From: an uncultured Sangeribacter sp.
GTDB lineage: Bacteria; Bacteroidota; Bacteroidia; Bacteroidales; Muribaculaceae
DNA length: 64,000 nt
Reading direction: 5' to 3'
Assembly (NCBI GenBank): GCA_964574285.1
Contig: CAZNMC010000004.1
Location: 1,447-65,446 of the forward strand
Within the stretch, counting starts at the first letter, position 1; the number at the start of each line of letters is the position of its first letter. The position numbers and the translations under genes were made by a program. Positions 60,051 through 64,000 of the stretch are shown in pieces. Under the pieces are notes generated by a model. The model made no database searches. It saw only the letters and a list, made by a program, of their open reading frames with translations, and had not been told where the DNA came from.

Positions 60051-61151
60051 TTATATCCCCGTCATTTCAATTACTTTTCCTGTAAAGATACCCGCCAGAA
60101 TTATACCCACACACCACGCGGTAATCAGAGCTATACGCCACCCCTGAGAAAGACTTTTTACTTCCGGACGATTACTTCTATAGAGCGCCCATACCAATAG
60201 CATCAGAGGGATTCCGATCGTAAGGATGTAGCCGATAGCAGATGCCAGGGCGAATATAACTTCGTTTGGAGAGGTCTCTCCCATTTTCATCGGAGCCACT
60301 CCAAAGACGATTAAACCAATAATACAGCCAATCAGAGCAACCCCAATCCCAAGCAACAATGCTGTAGAGAGGATGAGGGCAATTATCAGCAACGCCCTTC
60401 CGATAAATCCACAAATACTTGCTAAATTGTCAGCCAACCTTTTGCCACCGGACCGCGGCGACACCATCTCTCCCACTGAATTATAGTCGGCATCAATCGT
60501 TCCCATCGTTCGACGGAAACTTTCGTTAACCGTTCGTCCGATGTTTGCTATAGTTGGCGATTCACCCCTCATTTCCATTTGCTGAATTGGTGTGCATGCT
60601 TCCGGGATAACGATCCATAAAATCAGATAAGCGATAATGATGGTCGAGGCGGACAGCACGGCGAGTAGGACTGTGAAAAGACGCACCCACGTTGGGTCTA
60701 CATTTAAATAAGCGGCAAACCCTGAGCATACCCCTCCGATTATTTTATTTAACGGATTACGATAGAACCTGCGTCTCAGGGGCTTCGGTTCAAAAGGCGG
60801 TGGGGGCATTTCACCCCCTTGTTTGCCATATCCGGGAGGAGGTGGTGGTATTTTCCCTTCCTCTTCTTGCTTTTCAAGTTCATCTTCAAGCTCAGCTATC
60901 TCTTCCGGCCGTCCCATTCGCGAAATGATGGTCTCTACATCGTCTAAGGTCACTATCATGCTCTTCCCGCCGGGACGCTCGGATAACAATTCGGCTATTC
61001 GCTGCTCTATGTCGGCTATAAGTTCCGAGCAGTCCGGAGTACGTGAGAAGGCGGTTCGAAGCGTCTCCAGATAATCTTTGAGAAGATCAAAAGCATCATC
61101 ATTGGCTACAAACAAATAGCCTCCGACATTGATGTTGAATGTTTTGTTCAT
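60051..61151 (-). CDS. PspC domain membrane protein
   Basis: MNKTFNINVGG...DIEQRIAEL...MGRPEE N-terminal domain; PspC motif FYRNP.NKIIGGVCSGFAAY...WVR...YLILWIVIP. Confidence 0.92.
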   Translation of the reverse strand: MNKTFNINVGGYLFVANDDAFDLLKDYLETLRTAFSRTPDCSELIADIEQRIAELLSERPGGKSMIVTLDDVETIISRMGRPEEIAELEDELEKQEEEGKIPPPPPGYGKQGGEMPPPPFEPKPLRRRFYRNPLNKIIGGVCSGFAAYLNVDPTWVRLFTVLLAVLSASTIIIAYLILWIVIPEACTPIQQMEMRGESPTIANIGRTVNESFRRTMGTIDADYNSVGEMVSPRSGGKRLADNLASICGFIGRALLIIALILSTALLLGIGVALIGCIIGLIVFGVAPMKMGETSPNEVIFALASAIGYILTIGIPLMLLVWALYRSNRPEVKSLSQGWRIALITAWCVGIILAGIFTGKVIEMTGI

Positions 61152-61546
61152 AATTTTATTGGTTCTTGTTCTGTTTTTTCCAAATCAATACCCTCTATCA
61201 GATATCGAGTTGCTTCTTTCCGAAAATGTTTTACCGTGAAATTAATTTCTTCCCAAGCATCACTCATAGCAGACAGTACTTCGCGTCCATAGGGGGTGAT
61301 GGTATAATATTTGCGCGGAGGGCCTTTCTTTGATTCTTCCCAGTGATAGGAAAGCTTCTCTTCTTTTCGCATCCGGTTGAGAAGTGTATAAAGCGTCCCC
61401 TCAACCACTATCATGTCTGCCTCACGAAGCGCATCTATAATATCGGAAGGATATGCACGTCTACCCGATAGCAGGAGCAGCACACAATATTCCAACATCC
61501 CTTTGCGCATCTGGGCTTTTATATTATTTACATTCTGCTCGTTCAT
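61148..61546 (-). CDS. PadR family transcriptional regulator
   Basis: QMRKGMLEYC, EGTLY.LL.R, WEES..GPPRKYY.IT; ATGA overlap with the PspC gene. Confidence 0.93.
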   Translation of the reverse strand: MNEQNVNNIKAQMRKGMLEYCVLLLLSGRRAYPSDIIDALREADMIVVEGTLYTLLNRMRKEEKLSYHWEESKKGPPRKYYTITPYGREVLSAMSDAWEEINFTVKHFRKEATRYLIEGIDLEKTEQEPIKL

Positions 61547-61576
61547 TTATAATTTGTTTTCCAGTTCTGTTATATA

Positions 61577-63877
61577 TCAAAGGATTGAGCCGGTCTTTGA
61601 ACCGGAAGTACCCGAACTGTCATTGTTATCAATTTGAGCTCCAGTTTTCTTAACCTGACTCTGAAGCTGTCCGAAATTCCAAGTCAGAGATATTCCCACA
61701 TTCCAGGCTCGGTTTGAACTGCACGAAGTAGTTTGAACCGTAGTGTTAATGGTGTGCGATCTGAAACTGCGATTCTTTTGTGCAAAATTATTTGCACTCA
61801 GTGTCAGACGAAGAGCGTCCTTCTCCAAAAATGATTTCGAAAGTGAGATTCCATACCAGTACCATCCGTCATTCACATTGAATAAAGACCGATCTTTAAA
61901 GGATTTTCCACCACTGGCGCTAAAATGTAGTTTCCATGGAAGAGTATAATCAAATGAACCTCCGACATAGCCCGACCATCCGCAGCTGACAATGTTCCGG
62001 GACGGTATTTGTAAGTCAGGAGCCTTTAGATCGGTATATCCTACTCGGCCGTTAGCTGTAAGTCTGATATTGCGGGTTACGTTCCAATTCAAAAATCCCG
62101 ATAAAGTCGTCGTGTTATTATGTCCTAAATTATTATAGGTTCGATGGATCATCATGCCTTCGGAGAAAATGTAATCTGCTATAGCGTTGTCCACTCGCGA
62201 ATATTCCAAGTCTACGCTTCCTCCGATCACTCTGCCGAAATTTGAATATGTTAAAGTCAATTTGTTTACATGCTCACTCGATAGATCCGGATTACCATAA
62301 AATACCATATTCGACATAGTGAGGTGGAACGGATTGACCTGACTTAGCGTCGGACGCGAAATCCGCATTTGGTAAGCAAGCCGGAGGGAATGCATAGGCG
62401 CAAAATTCCAACTTAAGGCCGCATTCGGAACAAGATCGTTCAGACGCGTCGAGAAATCTGGAGTATTTCCAGCCCGGAAATCCATTCCCATTTCCGTATG
62501 CTCATACCGGACGCCTGCCTTAGTGCCCAGTTTCCCGAATGTGCCGCTCCAGGAAAGATATACTGCTCCGATATTCTGATACTGCATGACATCCGTGTTG
62601 GTAGAGCTCGATATTTCTTCTCCAATATTTTCAAAATCTGTGGTCGAAGAATTCCAACCCCGGGCGTTGTTATGGCGTAACACCATTTTTGCACCGGCTT
62701 CGAGCAGCTGACGATCAGATGAGAAAGGTAAGGTATAGTCAAGTTGGAATGTATGTTCACGCTTCAATTCAGAAGAAAACAGCGCATTCAAGACGTTCGT
62801 TGCTATCCCAAAAGATTCCGTTGTCTGGCGACTTAAATCTAAACTGTTGTCGCCATATGTAAATAAGTATGAACCTATGAGATTGTGTCCGGACCGATTA
62901 AAGGTATGCTGATAGGACACACCGGCCATGAGAGATCCTCTCCCCAGACTACCATTCTTCAGAATCTGATCATATCCCCCTATCAACTCTCCAACATCAT
63001 TATAGACTCGCTCCGATTCATCAAATCTCTTAATCTTCGCATACATATCATTCCAGGAAAAGTTTACCGTAAAAAGGTTGAGCGTATCAGGCTCCCATGA
63101 TAAATCGACTCCGGCGCCACCATAATGAAATTTAAAATCCTGAGTCGTTCTGCTTTCCAAAACACTATACATATCCGTCGGTGGATAAACATCTCGCACA
63201 TACGACTCTTGAGGTGAATTTTGAAATATATTATTGGCATAGACCAATTGGGCATTAGCCGTAACATTTCCTATTCGGCCCCGGGCATTTACTGCGGGCT
63301 GAACTCCATCCGTACTCACGCCCAACGACACCGTGCCGGCATAGCCCTTAAGAGTCTGTGAGCGTACGGTTATGAAATTAAGTATGCCTCCAATCCCCTC
63401 TGCATCGTATTTTGCTCCCGCTTCCTTTATTACTTCTATCCGGCGGACAGACGAAGCCGGCATAGACTTCAGAACCAGGCCGGGATTAGAGGAAAGCATC
63501 GGATCCGGTTTTCCATTCACATAAATCTTAAATGAGGACTGGCCGTTAAGACGGATGTTATCCTCCCCGTCAATTGTTACGTTCGGGACCTTCCGAAGCA
63601 TCTCCAACAGCGACGAGCCCGCTGCCTGGGGATCATCTTCTACATTGTAGGTCACTTTCTCCCCATTTGTCTGCACTACAGGTTTGCGAACCTCTACCAC
63701 AACTTCCTGGAGCGTGGCAGTGTCTATCGTGGCTACTGAATCCGGCACTTCCGTAGTGTACTCAATTTCCTCCGGTTCTTTTTGAGGTTCTTGCTTGGCA
63801 GCCGATGCATAAAATCCTTCTGTCAGAGAGAACGCAAGCAAAACTGTGCCCAGTGGTAATTTAAATAATGACTTCAT
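61577..63877 (-). CDS. TonB-dependent receptor-like outer-membrane beta-barrel (plug + OMP_b-brl_3-type barrel)
   Basis: Signal peptide; TLQEVVV; plug motifs LRKVPNV...IYVNGKP...RIEVI...KYDAEG.GGILN; RISRP..SQVNPF, GNPDL, TWNFG. Confidence 0.87.
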   Translation of the reverse strand: MKSLFKLPLGTVLLAFSLTEGFYASAAKQEPQKEPEEIEYTTEVPDSVATIDTATLQEVVVEVRKPVVQTNGEKVTYNVEDDPQAAGSSLLEMLRKVPNVTIDGEDNIRLNGQSSFKIYVNGKPDPMLSSNPGLVLKSMPASSVRRIEVIKEAGAKYDAEGIGGILNFITVRSQTLKGYAGTVSLGVSTDGVQPAVNARGRIGNVTANAQLVYANNIFQNSPQESYVRDVYPPTDMYSVLESRTTQDFKFHYGGAGVDLSWEPDTLNLFTVNFSWNDMYAKIKRFDESERVYNDVGELIGGYDQILKNGSLGRGSLMAGVSYQHTFNRSGHNLIGSYLFTYGDNSLDLSRQTTESFGIATNVLNALFSSELKREHTFQLDYTLPFSSDRQLLEAGAKMVLRHNNARGWNSSTTDFENIGEEISSSTNTDVMQYQNIGAVYLSWSGTFGKLGTKAGVRYEHTEMGMDFRAGNTPDFSTRLNDLVPNAALSWNFAPMHSLRLAYQMRISRPTLSQVNPFHLTMSNMVFYGNPDLSSEHVNKLTLTYSNFGRVIGGSVDLEYSRVDNAIADYIFSEGMMIHRTYNNLGHNNTTTLSGFLNWNVTRNIRLTANGRVGYTDLKAPDLQIPSRNIVSCGWSGYVGGSFDYTLPWKLHFSASGGKSFKDRSLFNVNDGWYWYGISLSKSFLEKDALRLTLSANNFAQKNRSFRSHTINTTVQTTSCSSNRAWNVGISLTWNFGQLQSQVKKTGAQIDNNDSSGTSGSKTGSIL

Positions 63878-64000
63878 AATCGTTTTTTCAAAAATTTGTT
63901 TTGGCGGTGTTTTAAGAGTTTAATGAAAGGGAGAAGAGACGCGTCCGTCGTGTGACTCCCATTCCTGCGTTGAATTTTGTTTTGACGGTGAGTTGCTAAC

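Overview
A 64-kb, mostly core-genome window from a gut Bacteroidales bacterium. The TAnnTTTG promoters, T9SS cargo proteins and gene content suggest Muribaculaceae, which is an inference. It holds about 50 CDSs and one tRNA-Ala(GGC). Housekeeping genes include tsaD, cinA, rpmB, rpmG, radA, a UvrD/PcrA helicase, nspC, dapA, dnaG, tgt, lptF/G, prfC, rfbD, nadE, tsaC, fmt, menDBCE, groES, groEL and rluD. Accessory genes include a type V pilin-like beta-helix lipoprotein, two tandem T9SS cargo proteins and a standalone GH13 alpha-amylase. No CRISPR array, transposase, integrase or phage gene was seen. The best candidate for an uncharacterised system is a five-gene cluster at 51869-60050: amidase, double GT-A glycosyltransferase, HxHxQ nucleotidyltransferase (DUF4922-like), SpoIID lytic transglycosylase without a signal peptide, and AmpG-type permease. 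It reads like a peptidoglycan-sugar salvage pathway using enzymes other than AnmK/MurQ or AmgK/MurU. Notable non-coding signals are structured leaders before rpmB and dapA, a sigma54 promoter before groES, two exact 23-bp tandem duplications and a perfect 44-bp loopless palindrome. All family calls come from motif recognition by eye; no database search was run.
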